The notes: generated by a model from the sequence alone, not told the origin. A stretch of 64,000 nucleotides of DNA from Pseudoxanthomonas sp. (GCA_017745195.1 JAGHZW010000180.1:47978-111977); one strand, 5' to 3'. Numbered from the stretch's first letter, positions 28,218 through 39,793 are shown. Numbers and translations: made by a program.

Positions 28218-30008
28218 ATGTCCGCCTACAAGATCACCGAACACAAGTACGACATGGTCGTCGTCGGCGCCGGCGGCGCCGGCCTGCGCGCCACCTTCGG
28301 CCTGGCCCAGAAGGGTCTGCAGACGGTGTGCCTGACCAAGGTCTTCCCGACCCGCTCGCACACGGTCGCCGCGCAGGGCGGCATCTCCGCCGCACTGGGC
28401 AACATGGGCGAGGACGACTGGCGCTACCACTTCTTCGACACCATCAAGGGTTCGGACTGGCTGGGCGACCAGGACGCGATCGAGTACATGTGCCGCGAGG
28501 CGATCCCGGCGATCATCGAGCTGGAGCACTACGGCGTGCCGTTCTCGCGCACCGAGGAAGGCAAGATCTACCAGCGCCCGTTCGGCGGCATGACCACCAA
28601 GTTCGGCGAAGGCCCGCCGGCCCAGCGCACCTGCGCGGCGGCCGACCGCACCGGCCACGCCATGCTGCACACGCTGTACCAGCAGTCGCTGGCGCACGAC
28701 GCGCGCTTCATGATCGAGTACTTCGCCCTCGACCTGATCTTCGACGAAGAGGGCGTGTGCCGCGGCGTGCTCGCCCTGGACATGGCCGAAGGCTCGCTGC
28801 ACCTGTTCCGCGCCCACGGCGTGGTCCTGGCCACCGGCGGCTACGGCCGTGCCTACTTCAGCGCCACCTCCGCCCACACCTGCACCGGCGACGGCGGCGG
28901 CCTGGTGATGCGCGCCGGCCTGCCGATGCAGGACATGGAGTTCGTGCAGTTCCACCCGACCGGCATCTACGGCGCCGGCTGCCTGATCACCGAGGGCGTG
29001 CGCGGCGAAGGCGGCATCCTGCGCAACTCCAATGGCGAGCGCTTCATGGAGCGCTACGCCCCGCACTACAAGGACCTGGCCTCGCGCGACGTGGTCAGCC
29101 GCTCGATGACCATCGAGATCCGCGAAGGCCGCGGCGTCGGCGAGCACAAGGACCATATCCTGCTCGACCTGACCCACCTGGGCCCGGAAGTGATCAACGA
29201 GAAGCTGCCGGGTATTGCCGAGAGCGCGCACATCTTCGCCGGCGTGGACGTGACCAAGCAGCCGATCCCGGTGATCCCGACCGTCCACTACAACATGGGT
29301 GGCATCCCGACCAACTACCACGGCGAAGTCGTGCGCAAGGTCGGCGACAACCCCGATGCGGTGGTGCCGGGCCTGTACGCGATCGGCGAGGCGGCCTGCG
29401 TGTCGGTGCACGGCGCCAACCGCCTGGGCTCCAACTCGCTGCTCGACCTGGTCGTGTTCGGCCGCGCCGTGGCCAACCGCTGCGCCGAGACGATCAAGAA
29501 GAACGCCCCGCACAAGCCGCTGGCCTCCGATGCCTGCGACAAGGCGCTGTCGACCCTGGACAAGCTGCGCAATGCCGATGGCGACACCCCGACGGCGGTG
29601 ATCCGCGACCGCATGCAGCGGACCATGCAGTCGGACGCGGCGGTGTTCCGTACCAGCAAGTCGCTGAAGGAAGGCTGCGAGAAGATGGCCGACATCTTCG
29701 CCAGCTTCGAGGACGTGAAGGTTTCCGACCGCTCGCTGGTCTGGAACTCGGATCTGATCGAGACCTACGAGCTGAACAACCTGCTGCTGAACGCGGTGGC
29801 CACGATCAACTCGGCCGAGCAGCGCCACGAGAGCCGCGGCGCGCATGCGCACGAGGACTTCCCCGAGCGCGACGACGTCAACTGGCAGAAGCACACCCTG
29901 GTCAGCGTCGACGACAAGGGCGCGTGCAGCTTCGACTACCGTCCGGTGCACATGTATACGCTGTCCGACGACGTGGCCGTGGTGCCGCCGAAGCCGCGCG
30001 TGTACTGA
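28218..30008 (+). CDS. sdhA: Succinate dehydrogenase flavoprotein
   Basis: [16 protein letters not shown] (covalent FAD His), [17 protein letters not shown] motifs. Confidence 0.98.
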   Translation: MSAYKITEHKYDMVVVGAGGAGLRATFGLAQKGLQTVCLTKVFPTRSHTVAAQGGISAALGNMGEDDWRYHFFDTIKGSDWLGDQDAIEYMCREAIPAIIELEHYGVPFSRTEEGKIYQRPFGGMTTKFGEGPPAQRTCAAADRTGHAMLHTLYQQSLAHDARFMIEYFALDLIFDEEGVCRGVLALDMAEGSLHLFRAHGVVLATGGYGRAYFSATSAHTCTGDGGGLVMRAGLPMQDMEFVQFHPTGIYGAGCLITEGVRGEGGILRNSNGERFMERYAPHYKDLASRDVVSRSMTIEIREGRGVGEHKDHILLDLTHLGPEVINEKLPGIAESAHIFAGVDVTKQPIPVIPTVHYNMGGIPTNYHGEVVRKVGDNPDAVVPGLYAIGEAACVSVHGANRLGSNSLLDLVVFGRAVANRCAETIKKNAPHKPLASDACDKALSTLDKLRNADGDTPTAVIRDRMQRTMQSDAAVFRTSKSLKEGCEKMADIFASFEDVKVSDRSLVWNSDLIETYELNNLLLNAVATINSAEQRHESRGAHAHEDFPERDDVNWQKHTLVSVDDKGACSFDYRPVHMYTLSDDVAVVPPKPRVY

Positions 30009-30015
30009 GGCCGTG

Positions 30016-30090
30016 ATGCAGCGTCCGACCGCCTTCCACCTCCACGACGCGCGCCCCGCGCGCGTCACGCTCGCCCCGCGGGCCGCCTGA
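30016..30090 (+). CDS. Putative 24-aa small protein between sdhA and sdhB ([24 protein letters not shown])
   Basis: GAGG (30007-30010, overlapping the sdhA stop) 5 nt before ATG; ORF nearly fills the intergenic gap; GC-ending codons. Confidence 0.45.
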   Translation: MQRPTAFHLHDARPARVTLAPRAA

Positions 30091-30106
30091 GCCAACGAGA
30101 TCAGCC

Positions 30107-30889
30107 ATGGCAGAGTTCAGCCTCCCGAAGAATTCCCAGGTCAAGAAGGGCAAGCACTTCCCGGCCAAGGGCGCGAAGAACCCGCGCACGTTCAAGGTCT
30201 ACCGCTGGAGCCCGGATGACGGCGCCAACCCGCGCACCGACACCTACGAGGTCGACCTGGCCGCGTGCGGGCCGATGGTCCTGGACGCGCTGATCAAGAT
30301 CAAGAACGAGATCGACCCGACCCTGACCTTCCGCCGCTCGTGCCGCGAGGGCATCTGCGGTTCGTGCGCGATGAACATCGACGGCACCAACACGCTGGCC
30401 TGCACCAAGGCGATCAGCGACTGCGGCAAGGCCGAGGTGCCGATCTATCCGCTGCCGCACATGAGCGTGGTCAAGGACCTGGTCCCGGACCTGACCCACT
30501 TCTACGCGCAGTACGCCTCGATCAAACCGTGGATCCGCACCCAGACCCCGGCGCCGCCGGACCGCGAGCGGCTGCAGTCGCCGGAAGACCGCAAGAAGCT
30601 CGATGGCCTGTACGAGTGCATCCTGTGCGCGTGCTGCTCGACCAGCTGCCCGAGCTACTGGTGGAACGGCGAGCGCTATCTCGGCCCGGCGATCCTGCTG
30701 CAGGCCTACCGCTGGATCATCGACTCGCGCGACGAGGATACCGGTGCGCGCCTGGACGACCTGGAAGATCCGTTCAAGCTGTATCGCTGCCACACCATCA
30801 TGAACTGCGCGCGGACCTGCCCGAAGGGCCTGAACCCGGCCTTGGCCATCGCCGAGATCAAGAAGCTGATGATGGAACGGCGCTCCTGA
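30107..30889 (+). CDS. sdhB: Succinate dehydrogenase iron-sulfur subunit
   Basis: [22 protein letters not shown] and [12 protein letters not shown] clusters. Confidence 0.98.
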   Translation: MAEFSLPKNSQVKKGKHFPAKGAKNPRTFKVYRWSPDDGANPRTDTYEVDLAACGPMVLDALIKIKNEIDPTLTFRRSCREGICGSCAMNIDGTNTLACTKAISDCGKAEVPIYPLPHMSVVKDLVPDLTHFYAQYASIKPWIRTQTPAPPDRERLQSPEDRKKLDGLYECILCACCSTSCPSYWWNGERYLGPAILLQAYRWIIDSRDEDTGARLDDLEDPFKLYRCHTIMNCARTCPKGLNPALAIAEIKKLMMERRS

Positions 30890-30905
30890 TCGCCACGCGA
30901 CGAGT

Positions 30906-30940
30906 AATAAAAAAGGCCCGGGAAACCGGGCCTTTTTATT
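30906..30940. terminator. Bidirectional Rho-independent terminator
   Basis: AATAAAAAAGGCCCGG-GAAA-CCGGGCCTTTTTATT between sdhB and the convergent response regulator. Confidence 0.93.
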
Positions 30941-31484
30941 ACTTGACCTGCTGCTTGCCGAGCTTGCGCGCCAGCGTGCGCCGGTGCATGCCCAGCCGGC
31001 GCGCGGTCTCGGAGACGTTGAACCCGGTTTCGGCCAGCACTTCGTGGATGCGTTCCCATTCCAGGGTCTTGATCGAGGTCGGGCGTTCGCCGAGGCCGAC
31101 CTGGACATTGCCCTCGGCGCGGCCGAAGGCGGCCTCGATGTCGTCGGTGTTCGAGGGCTTGGCCAGGTAGTGGCAGGCGCCGAGCTTGATCGCCTCCACC
31201 GCGGTGGCGATGCTGGCGTAGCCGGTGAGCACCACGATCAGCATGCCCGGATCGCGCGCGTGCAGCGCCTGCACGCAGGCCAGGCCGGAGCCGCCGTTGG
31301 CGAGCTTGAGGTCGACCACCGCGTAGCCGGGCGCGAAGCCGTCCAGCAGCGCATCCAGCTCCACCTGGCCTGCGGCATGCCGTACTTCGTAGCCGCGCCG
31401 CTCGAACGAGCGGATCAGGGTGCGGGCGAACGCCTCGTCGTCTTCGACGATCAGCAGTCGGCGCGGGGCGGTGTCATTCGTCAT
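30939..31484 (-). CDS. RegA/PrrA/ActR-family response regulator
   Basis: REC domain (IVEDD, VVDL, LTGYASIATAVEAIKLGA, YLAKP) plus LEWERI...NVSETARRLGMHRRTLARKL HTH; start could be up to 31502. Confidence 0.9.
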   Translation of the reverse strand: MTNDTAPRRLLIVEDDEAFARTLIRSFERRGYEVRHAAGQVELDALLDGFAPGYAVVDLKLANGGSGLACVQALHARDPGMLIVVLTGYASIATAVEAIKLGACHYLAKPSNTDDIEAAFGRAEGNVQVGLGERPTSIKTLEWERIHEVLAETGFNVSETARRLGMHRRTLARKLGKQQVK

Positions 31485-32853
31485 CGGCATCATCAAGGTC
31501 ATGGTCCGGCGCGGCGGCGGGCAGGGCGAGCGCGGACAACGGCAACTCCAGCACGACCTCGGCGCCGCGCGGCATGCGGTTGGCCGCGCTCAGGCGGCCG
31601 CCGAGGCTGCGGGCGACGTTGAGCGAAAGGAACAGGCCCAGGCCACCGCCCGGGCGTCCCTTGCTGGAATTGTAGGGTTTGCCGAAGCCGGCAAGTGTCT
31701 CGGAGGTGAATCCCGGGCCGGCGTCGCTGACCTTCAGGCGCAGGCATTCGCCGTCCTGGCCGAAGCGCGTGACCTCCAGCCCGACCCATTCCGGCGAGGC
31801 CTCCAGCGCGTTGTCGAGGATGTTGCCGATCATCTGCTTGAGGCCCGAGTCGGAAACGATGGGCAGGTCCGCGTCCAGGTGGCGGCGATAGTCGAGGGTC
31901 TGCACCGGCCGGGTGGCGCTCCATTCGCTGACCAGTTCGTCCAGGAACACCGCCAGCGTGGTCTGCGCCGGCGCTTCGCCACGCGCATCGCCGGCCGAAA
32001 GCAGGATCCCGGTGACGATCGACTTGCAGCGGCCCAGCTGGGCCTGCATCTCGTCCAGGTCCTGCTGCAGCTCCGGGTTGTCGGTGAACGGCGCCATCCG
32101 CCGCCAGTCGCCCAGCAGCACCGACAGCGTCGCCAGCGGCGTGCCCAGCTCGTGCGCCGCGCCGGACGCGAGCAGGCCCATCCGCACGATGTGTTCCTCC
32201 TCGGCGGCCTGCTGGCGCAGGTCGGCCAGGCGCGCGTCGCGGTCGCGCAGGATCCGCGCGATCCGGCCGATGAACAGCGCCGCCAATGCCGCCGCCAGCA
32301 GGAAGCAGGCGAGCAGGCCCTGCACGTAGGGATCGGAGATGCCGCGCGACGGATCGACGGTCAGCGATATCGCGCCCGGGAACAGGACCAGGCCCAGCAC
32401 GCCGAGGCTGCTGGCGGCCACCACCACCCAGCTGGCCCAGCCGGGCAGCAGCACCGCGCCCAGCGCGACCTGCAGCAGGTACAGGAACACGAACGGATTG
32501 GTGATGCCGCCGCTCAGGTGCAGCTGCGCGGTCAGCGCGCCGACGTCGACCAGCAGCGCCGCCAGCAGGGCCACGTCGCCCACGTCCTGGCGCGGGCGCC
32601 AGAACACCAGGCTGGCGAGGTTGAACGCGGCCAGGTAGCCGGCCACGTTGAGCATGGTCAGCAGCGGCAGGCGGATGTCGAGCACGAAATGGACGAAGCA
32701 GATCGTGGCGACCTGGCCGACGATGGCGATCCAGCGCAGCTGGATCAGCTGCTGCATGTTGCGCATGCCCGCGCCGCGGGCGGTGTCGGTGCTTGCGCTT
32801 TCCAGCGCCAGCCGGTTACCGGGGCCGGGGCCCGGCGTTCGTGCTGCTTGCAT
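31474..32853 (-). CDS. RegB/PrrB/ActS-family sensor histidine kinase
   Basis: LIQLRWIAI, SGGITNPF, AAHELGTPL (H box), NILDNA, DAGPG, GLGLFL. Confidence 0.9.
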   Translation of the reverse strand: MQAARTPGPGPGNRLALESASTDTARGAGMRNMQQLIQLRWIAIVGQVATICFVHFVLDIRLPLLTMLNVAGYLAAFNLASLVFWRPRQDVGDVALLAALLVDVGALTAQLHLSGGITNPFVFLYLLQVALGAVLLPGWASWVVVAASSLGVLGLVLFPGAISLTVDPSRGISDPYVQGLLACFLLAAALAALFIGRIARILRDRDARLADLRQQAAEEEHIVRMGLLASGAAHELGTPLATLSVLLGDWRRMAPFTDNPELQQDLDEMQAQLGRCKSIVTGILLSAGDARGEAPAQTTLAVFLDELVSEWSATRPVQTLDYRRHLDADLPIVSDSGLKQMIGNILDNALEASPEWVGLEVTRFGQDGECLRLKVSDAGPGFTSETLAGFGKPYNSSKGRPGGGLGLFLSLNVARSLGGRLSAANRMPRGAEVVLELPLSALALPAAAPDHDLDDADDE

Positions 32854-33646
32854 CCATTGGCTCCATCGTGCGGTCATCGCGCCAGCGGCGGCGGATGCGC
32901 CGTTCTTCCAGCGCGAACCGCCAGGCGCCGCCTGCCACCAGCAGCGCCAGTGCGAACCAGGTCAGCGCGTACCCCAGGTGGCTGTCGCGGAACCGTACCA
33001 CCGTCAGCCCGCCACGTGGCCATGGCGTGCCGGCCTGGGCGGCGGAGGCCGCATCGGCGTCGACGAAGAACGGCAGCACGCCATCCAGTCCGCGATGCGC
33101 GGCGATCGCCTCGACATCGCGTGAATACCAGCGCTCCTGCGCCGGCACGTTGCGGCGCAGGAAGCCGCCGCCGGGCTCGGACAGGCGCAGCAGGCCGGTC
33201 ACTTCGGCAGGGTGCGTGGCTGGCGCGGCCACCTGCGCGTCTTCCGGCACGAAGCCGAGGTTGACCAGGGCCACGCTGCCATCGTCGCGCCGCAGCGGCC
33301 GCAGCAGCCAGTGGCCGGCGCCGGCTTCGGTCACCGCCTGGGTGCGGGTGTCGTGTCCGGCCAACCAGGTGCCGTGCAGGCTGACCCGGCGGTATTCCTG
33401 GTCGCGCGGCGTGGAGGCGGCCCAGGCGGCGGCATCGGGAGCCGGGACAGGCGTCGCATGGATGCGCGCATCCACGCGGGCGATCAGGTCATGCTTCCAC
33501 TGCAGGCGCTGTACCTGCCAGATGCCCAGCGCGGCGAACAGCGCGAAACCGGAGAGGAAGGCCGCGGCCAGCAGCACCAGCGCGAGCGGGCCGCGCGGCG
33601 GACGCGCCGTCGCGTCCGCCTGCCGTCCGGTGTCGTGCGAACCCAT
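32816..33646 (-). CDS. SURF1 family oxidase biogenesis protein
   Basis: LGIWQVQRLQWK, VNLGFVP, HLGYALTWF motifs. Confidence 0.92.
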   Translation of the reverse strand: MGSHDTGRQADATARPPRGPLALVLLAAAFLSGFALFAALGIWQVQRLQWKHDLIARVDARIHATPVPAPDAAAWAASTPRDQEYRRVSLHGTWLAGHDTRTQAVTEAGAGHWLLRPLRRDDGSVALVNLGFVPEDAQVAAPATHPAEVTGLLRLSEPGGGFLRRNVPAQERWYSRDVEAIAAHRGLDGVLPFFVDADAASAAQAGTPWPRGGLTVVRFRDSHLGYALTWFALALLVAGGAWRFALEERRIRRRWRDDRTMEPMDASSTNAGPRPR

Positions 33647-33693
33647 GCGGCTCGATCCCGTGCGTGACCCGGCCCGATCCGGCACGATCCGGC

Positions 33694-34125
33694 TCAGGGC
33701 TGGATGCGCGCCTCGTGCGGCGACATCGGCATCATGTTGGTGTTGAGGTGGTACATCACCCACAGCGAGCCGGACAGCACGATCACCACCAGGACCACGG
33801 TGAAGATCAGCGCCAGCATGTTCCAGCCGCCTTCCGAGCGCGGGTTCATGTGCAGGAAGTAGACCATGTGCACCACGATCTGCACCGCGGCGAAGCCCAG
33901 GATCACCAGCGCGGTGGTGCCGGAGTCGGTGATGACGTGGTTCATCACCAGCCAGAACGGGATCGCGGTCAGGATCACCGACAGGATGAAGCCGGTGACG
34001 TAGTCGCGCATCGTGCCGTGTGCGGCTTCCACGTGCTCGTCATGCGGCGCGTGCTCGCCACCATGCTCGTCATGGTGCAAGCCGTCGTGGCCATAGGTGG
34101 CATGCGGATCCTGGTGCCCGCTCAT
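33694..34125 (-). CDS. cyoD: Cytochrome bo3 ubiquinol oxidase subunit IV, His-rich N-terminus
   Basis: [34 protein letters not shown] motifs. Confidence 0.94.
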   Translation of the reverse strand: MSGHQDPHATYGHDGLHHDEHGGEHAPHDEHVEAAHGTMRDYVTGFILSVILTAIPFWLVMNHVITDSGTTALVILGFAAVQIVVHMVYFLHMNPRSEGGWNMLALIFTVVLVVIVLSGSLWVMYHLNTNMMPMSPHEARIQP

Positions 34126-34772
34126 GGCAGCACTCCCATCAGGTAGACGAAGGTGAAGACGCCGATCCAGACGACGTCGAGGAAGTGCCAGAACATCGAC
34201 AGGCACAGCAGGCGGCGCTGGTTGGGCGCATGCAGGCCGAAGCGGCCCACCTGCACCATCAGCACCACCAGCCAGACGATGCCGAAGGTCACGTGCAGGC
34301 CGTGGGTGCCGACCAGGGCGAAGAACGCCGACAGGAACGCACTGCGCTGCGGGCCGGCGCCTTCGTGGATCAGGTGCGCGAACTCGTACAGCTCGATGCC
34401 GATGAAGGCCAGGCCGAACAGGCCGGTCACCGCCAGCCAGGCCAGCACGCCGGGGATGTGCCGGCGCTGCATCGCCAGCATCGCGAAGCCATAGGTGATC
34501 GAGGAGAACAGCAGCATCGCCGTGTTCACCGCCACCAGCCGCAGGTCGAACAGGTCGGCGCCGGTCGGGCCGGCGGCGAAGCTGCGGCTGAGCACGCCGA
34601 AGGTGGCGAACAGGCAGGCGAAGACGAGCAGGTCGCTCATCAGGTACAGCCAGAAGCCGAGCAGGGTGCCCTGCTGCGGGTGGTGCTCGCCGGCCAGGTC
34701 GTAGAACCGGTCCGGGGTGGTGTCGACCGGCGGCACGGCGTCGGCGGGATTCAGGGCGATCGCGTCAGACAT
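34122..34772 (-). CDS. cyoC: Cytochrome bo3 ubiquinol oxidase subunit III
   Basis: [34 protein letters not shown] motifs. Confidence 0.95.
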   Translation of the reverse strand: MSDAIALNPADAVPPVDTTPDRFYDLAGEHHPQQGTLLGFWLYLMSDLLVFACLFATFGVLSRSFAAGPTGADLFDLRLVAVNTAMLLFSSITYGFAMLAMQRRHIPGVLAWLAVTGLFGLAFIGIELYEFAHLIHEGAGPQRSAFLSAFFALVGTHGLHVTFGIVWLVVLMVQVGRFGLHAPNQRRLLCLSMFWHFLDVVWIGVFTFVYLMGVLP

Positions 34773-36777
34773 GGGCGTTCAGCAGGGCAGTGCGCTGCTC
34801 CTCGGTCCGGGTCACGGTCTCGGCCGGGATGTGGTAGTCGCGCTTGTAGTTGAAGGTGTGCACGATCGTGGCGACCAGGATCGAGGCGAATGCCACTGCG
34901 GCCAGCCACCAGATGTGCCAGACCAGGGCGAAGCCGAGCACCGTGCTCAGGCCGGCCAGGACCACGCCGGCGGCGGTGTTCTTCGGCATGTGGATCGGCA
35001 GGAAGCCGGACAGCGGCCGCTTGGCCCCGCGCTGCTTCATGTCCCACCACGCATCGTTGTCGTGCACCACCGGGGTGAAGGCGTAGTTGTAATCCGGCGG
35101 CGGCGAGGAGGTGGACCATTCCAGGCTGCGCGCGTCCCACGGGTCGCCGGTCACGTCGCGCAGCTGTTCGCGCCTGCGGAAGCTGACGAAGATGCAGATC
35201 AGGAAGCAGGCGATGCCCAGGGCCACCAGCACCGCGCCGAAGGCGGCGATCTGGAACCAGATCTGCAGCGAGGGATCCTCGAAGTGGCTCATGCGCCGGG
35301 TCACGCCCATCAGGCCCAGCACGTACAGCGGGGTGAAGGCGAACCAGTAGCCGGACAGCCAGAACCAGAACGAGAGCTTGCCCCAGAAGTCGTCGAGCTT
35401 GAAGCCGAACGCCTTCGGGAACCAGAAGGTCATGCCGGCGAACAGGCCGAACACCACGCCGCCGATGATCACGTTGTGGAAGTGGGCGACCAGGAACAGG
35501 CTGTTGTGCAGCACGAAGTCGGCCGGCGGCACCGCCAGCAGCACGCCGGTCATGCCGCCCACCACGAAGGTGACCATGAAGCCCATGGTCCACAGCATCG
35601 GCACCTCGAAGCGGATCCGCCCGCGGTACATGGTGAACAGCCAGTTGAAGATCTTCGCGCCCGTCGGGATCGAGATGATCATCGTGGTGATGCCGAAGAA
35701 CGAGTTGACGCTGGCGCCCGAGCCCATGGTGAAGAAGTGATGCAGCCACACCAGGTAGGACAGGATGGTGATCACCACCGTCGCGTAGACCATCGAACTG
35801 TAGCCGAACAGGCGCTTGCCCGAATAGGTGGCCACCACTTCCGAGAACACGCCGAACACCGGCAGGACCAGGATGTAGACCTCCGGATGGCCCCAGATCC
35901 AGATCAGGTTCACGTACATCATCGGGTTGCCGCCGAGGTCGTTCGTGAAGAAGTTGGTCCCCACGTAGCGGTCCAGGGCGAGCAGCGCCAGCACCGCGGT
36001 CAGCACCGGGAAGGTGACCACGATCAGCACGTTGGTGCACAGCGCAGTCCAGGTGAATACCGGCATGCGCATCAGGGTCATGCCCGGCGCGCGCATCTTG
36101 ATGATGGTCACGATCAGGTTGACGCCCGATAGAAGCGTGCCGACGCCGGCTATCTGCAACGCCCAGATGTAGTAGTCCACGCCCACGTCTGGGCTGTAGT
36201 CGATGCCCGACAGGGGCGGGTAGGCCAGCCAGCCGGTCTTGGCGAACTCGCCCACGAACAGCGACAGCATGACCAGCACCGCGCCGGCGGTGGTCATCCA
36301 GAAGCTGAAGTTGTTGAGGAACGGGAAGGCGACGTCGCGGGTGCCGATCTGCAGCGGCACCAGGTAGTTCATCAGGCCGGTGACCAGCGGCATGGCCACG
36401 AAGAAGATCATGATCACGCCGTGGGCGGTGAACACCTGATCGTAATGGTGCGGTGGCAGGTAGCCCATGTTGTCGCCGAAGGCCATCGCCTGCTGCAGGC
36501 GCATCATCAGCGCGTCGGAGAAGCCGCGCAGCAGCATCACGATGCCCAGCACCATGTACATGATGCCGATCTTCTTGTGGTCGATGCTGGTGAACCAGTC
36601 GTGCCACAGCGTGCCCCACAGCCGGTAGCGGGTCAGCAGGTAGAGGATGGCCAGGCCGCCGACCACCACGCCGGCGAAGGTGGCGACGAGGATCGGTTCA
36701 TGCAGCGGCAACGACTCCCAGCCGAGGCGGCCGGTGAGCGGGTTGTACGGTGCTGAGGTGGAAATCGGTGCGGACAT
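34765..36777 (-). CDS. cyoB: Cytochrome bo3 ubiquinol oxidase subunit I
   Basis: [17 protein letters not shown] and HHYDQ (quinol-oxidase signature), WGHPEVY, WLHHF, HFH motifs. Confidence 0.97.
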   Translation of the reverse strand: MSAPISTSAPYNPLTGRLGWESLPLHEPILVATFAGVVVGGLAILYLLTRYRLWGTLWHDWFTSIDHKKIGIMYMVLGIVMLLRGFSDALMMRLQQAMAFGDNMGYLPPHHYDQVFTAHGVIMIFFVAMPLVTGLMNYLVPLQIGTRDVAFPFLNNFSFWMTTAGAVLVMLSLFVGEFAKTGWLAYPPLSGIDYSPDVGVDYYIWALQIAGVGTLLSGVNLIVTIIKMRAPGMTLMRMPVFTWTALCTNVLIVVTFPVLTAVLALLALDRYVGTNFFTNDLGGNPMMYVNLIWIWGHPEVYILVLPVFGVFSEVVATYSGKRLFGYSSMVYATVVITILSYLVWLHHFFTMGSGASVNSFFGITTMIISIPTGAKIFNWLFTMYRGRIRFEVPMLWTMGFMVTFVVGGMTGVLLAVPPADFVLHNSLFLVAHFHNVIIGGVVFGLFAGMTFWFPKAFGFKLDDFWGKLSFWFWLSGYWFAFTPLYVLGLMGVTRRMSHFEDPSLQIWFQIAAFGAVLVALGIACFLICIFVSFRRREQLRDVTGDPWDARSLEWSTSSPPPDYNYAFTPVVHDNDAWWDMKQRGAKRPLSGFLPIHMPKNTAAGVVLAGLSTVLGFALVWHIWWLAAVAFASILVATIVHTFNYKRDYHIPAETVTRTEEQRTALLNAHV

Positions 36778-36826
36778 GTCTGGAACTTCCGTCGGCAGGC
36801 CGCCGCGGCGGGCGGCAGGCGCGCGC

Positions 36827-37882
36827 TCAGGGCGCGAGGCGGGAAAGGGCGGTGTTCAGGCCGGAGGCCGGTGCATCGGTGGAGGCGCACATCGCCGACG
36901 GCACGTAGCGGCGGCCGCGCAGGTCGCCGACCCGGCGCTCCTGCAGGCCTTCCTCGCCACTGCGGCCGGCGCCGTTGCCGGCGTCGATGGCCATCATCTC
37001 GTGCGCGCACATCCGGCGCGGATCCACGCAGCGGTTGAGGATGGCGTCGAACAGGTTGTCCTCGACGCTGCCGAAATGCCGCACCGGTTCGCGCTCGCTG
37101 GGCTTCTCCAGCGCCAGGTAGGCGTCGCGGTCGAGCTTGTCGCCGCCGCGCACCTGGGCCACCCAGCCGTCGAAGCCGGCGTCGTCCAGCGCGTGGAAGC
37201 GGAAGCGCATGCCGGAGAAGCCGGCGCCGCTGTAGTTGGACGAGAAGCCCTCGTACTCGCCCGGGGAATTCATCACCGCGTTCAGTTCGGTGCGCATGCC
37301 GGGCATGGTGTAGACCATGCCGGCCAGCGCCGGGATGTAGAACGCGTTCATCACCGTCGAGGACGTCATCCGGAACTCGATCGGCCGGTCGACCGGCGCG
37401 GCCAGCTCGTTGACCGTGGCGATGCCCTGTTCCGGATAGAGGAACAGCCATTTCCAGTCCAGCGCGACGACCTCGACCACCAGCGGCTCGGTGCCCTCGG
37501 GCACGGGCCGGCCTTCGGCGATCCGGTCCAGCGGCCGGTACGGGTCGAGGGTATGGGTGCTGATCCAGGTGATCGCGCCCAACGCGATGATGATCAGCAG
37601 CGGCGCCGCCCAGATCACCAGCTCCAGCTGCAGGGAGTGGTCCCAGTCCGGCTTGTAGGTGGCGTCCTTGTTCGAGGCCCGGTAGCGCCAGGCGAAGAAC
37701 AGGATCAGCGAGATCACCGGGACGATGATGATCAGCATCAGCAGGGTCGAGACGATGATCAGGTCGCCCTGCTGGCGGGCGATGTCGCCCGGGGCGTTGA
37801 GCACGATGGTGTTGCAGCCGGCCAACGGGATGATCAGGCCGGCCGCCAGCAGGAGCCGGCGCAGGGGAGTGGAGATGGCCAT
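36827..37882 (-). CDS. cyoA: Cytochrome bo3 ubiquinol oxidase subunit II
   Basis: Lipobox [30 protein letters not shown] (no CuA ligands). Confidence 0.95.
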   Translation of the reverse strand: MAISTPLRRLLLAAGLIIPLAGCNTIVLNAPGDIARQQGDLIIVSTLLMLIIIVPVISLILFFAWRYRASNKDATYKPDWDHSLQLELVIWAAPLLIIIALGAITWISTHTLDPYRPLDRIAEGRPVPEGTEPLVVEVVALDWKWLFLYPEQGIATVNELAAPVDRPIEFRMTSSTVMNAFYIPALAGMVYTMPGMRTELNAVMNSPGEYEGFSSNYSGAGFSGMRFRFHALDDAGFDGWVAQVRGGDKLDRDAYLALEKPSEREPVRHFGSVEDNLFDAILNRCVDPRRMCAHEMMAIDAGNGAGRSGEEGLQERRVGDLRGRRYVPSAMCASTDAPASGLNTALSRLAP

Positions 37883-38085
37883 CTGAATAGGGGAGCTGGT
37901 GGGGTCGCAGCGGGCTGTCACTCTACTCCCGGTGCGTGAAAGCGGCGATTGGGCGTTTTGTCCTATTGGCCTGCCCCGGCGAGGGTGGGACCCTGTACCG
38001 CCGACCCCGGCCCCCGGTGGCGACTGCACGCCGGCAAACGCGTGCGGGTGTAGCCTTCCCGCAGGCCCAGCACAGTCCTCTCGCG

Positions 38086-39411
38086 ATGTCCTCGATCCCC
38101 GCCAGCCCCACCGTCTCCGTCCACGGCCAGGACTCCGGTTCCCATGCGCAGGTCGCTCCCGGCGAGATCGCCGTGGGCGTGGTCATCGGCCGCACCTCCG
38201 AGTATTTCGACTTCTTCGTCTACGGCATCGCCTCGGCGCTGGTGTTCCCGAAGGTGTTCTTCCCCTTCGCCGAGCCGCTGCAGGCGACCCTGTATTCGTT
38301 CGCGGTGTTCGCCCTGGCGTTCATCGCCCGGCCGCTGGGCACGGTGCTGTTCCTGTGGATCCAGTCGCGCTGGAGCCGTGGCACCAAGCTGACCGCGGCG
38401 CTGTTCCTGCTCGGCACCAGCACCGCCGGCATCGCCTTCCTGCCAGGCTACGAGAAGATCGGCATGACCGCGGTCGTGCTGCTGTCGCTGTTCCGCAGCA
38501 GCCAGGGTGTCGCCCTGGGCGGTTCCTGGGACGGCCTGCCGTCGCTGCTGGCGCTGAACGCGCCCAAGCACCGGCGCGGCTGGTACGCGATGCTCGGCCA
38601 GCTCGGCGCGCCGGTGGGTTTCATCGTCGCCGCCGCGCTGTTCTCGTTCCTGTATTCGAGCCTGTCCAACGCCGACTTCTACGACTGGGGCTGGCGTTAT
38701 CCGTTCTTCGCCGCGCTGGCGATCAATGTCGTCGCGCTGTTTTCGCGCCTGCGCCTGGTGGTGACCCACGAGTACTCGCAGGAAATGGGCGAGCACGAGC
38801 TGGAGCCGGTGCCGGTGACCGAGCTGTTCCGGGTCAAGGGCCGGCACGTGTTCATCGGCGCCTTCGCCGCGCTGGCCAGCTATGCGATGTTCCACATCGT
38901 CACCATCTTCCCGCTGTCGTGGATCCAGCTGTTCACCGAACAGAACATCAGCCGCTTCCTGATGGTGCAGGTCGCCGGCGGCTTCCTGGCCATCGGCGGC
39001 ATGCTCGCCTCGGGCGTGATCGCCGACCGCTTCGGCCGGGTGCCGACGCTGGGCGCCACCGCGCTGGCGATCGCAGTGTTCAGCGGCTTCGCCCCGACCC
39101 TGCTCGGCGGTGGCCCGGTGTCGCAGCAGGTATTCATGCTGGTCGGCTTCCTGCTGCTGGGGCTGTCCTACGGGCAGGCCTCGGGCGCGGTGACCCGCAA
39201 TTTCGGCAGCCGCTACCGCTACACCGGCGCGGCGCTGACCACCGACCTGGCCTGGCTGATCGGCGCGGCCTTCGCGCCGCTGGTGGCGCTGGGCCTGTGC
39301 GCGAATTTCGGCCTGCCGTACGTCGGCCTGTACCTGCTCTCGGGGGCGGTGTCGACGCTGGCCGCGCTGCTGCTCAACCGCTGGCTCAAGCAGCGCGAAG
39401 CGCAGGGCTGA
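38086..39411 (+). CDS. MFS transporter (MHS-like, cyo-associated)
   Basis: EYFDFFVYG, ARPLG, WGWRYPF motifs, about 12 TM segments; divergent from cyoA. Confidence 0.9.
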   Translation: MSSIPASPTVSVHGQDSGSHAQVAPGEIAVGVVIGRTSEYFDFFVYGIASALVFPKVFFPFAEPLQATLYSFAVFALAFIARPLGTVLFLWIQSRWSRGTKLTAALFLLGTSTAGIAFLPGYEKIGMTAVVLLSLFRSSQGVALGGSWDGLPSLLALNAPKHRRGWYAMLGQLGAPVGFIVAAALFSFLYSSLSNADFYDWGWRYPFFAALAINVVALFSRLRLVVTHEYSQEMGEHELEPVPVTELFRVKGRHVFIGAFAALASYAMFHIVTIFPLSWIQLFTEQNISRFLMVQVAGGFLAIGGMLASGVIADRFGRVPTLGATALAIAVFSGFAPTLLGGGPVSQQVFMLVGFLLLGLSYGQASGAVTRNFGSRYRYTGAALTTDLAWLIGAAFAPLVALGLCANFGLPYVGLYLLSGAVSTLAALLLNRWLKQREAQG

Positions 39412-39529
39412 CTCGGCGGCACGTTTGGTTCCAGCGGGCCGGGCATCGCACGCCCGAAAGGCGCTCATGCTCGCCACCACGCCCGCTGCCGGCGACAATG
39501 TCGGCCTGTAATCCGATCCGGCTCCCGAC

Positions 39530-39793
39530 GTGACCCTGCAGGACATCGACCCCGCTGCCGACCTCCGCCGCCTGCGCTGGCGCTGCCGGCGCGGCATGCG
39601 CGAGCTGGACCAGCTGTTCGAGCGCTGGCTGGCACGCGAATATCCGACTGCGGGCGACGCCGAGCGCGGCGTTTTCCTACGGCTGCTGGATTGCGAGGAC
39701 GATAGGCTCTGGCGCTGGTTCATGGGCTACGAGGCCTGTCCTGATGCCGAACTCGCCGCACTCATCGCCCGGATCCGCGCCTTGCCGGCTTGA
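39530..39793 (+). CDS. sdhE: Succinate dehydrogenase assembly factor SdhE (Sdh5/YgfY)
   Basis: [14 protein letters not shown] signature, [12 protein letters not shown]; GTG start. Confidence 0.93.
   Translation: MTLQDIDPAADLRRLRWRCRRGMRELDQLFERWLAREYPTAGDAERGVFLRLLDCEDDRLWRWFMGYEACPDAELAALIARIRALPA

Noticed and set aside
39491-39505. Palindrome CGACAATGTCG upstream of sdhE as a RegA site
   Set aside because: Short, plausible by chance in GC-rich DNA, and may simply be a -10-like element.
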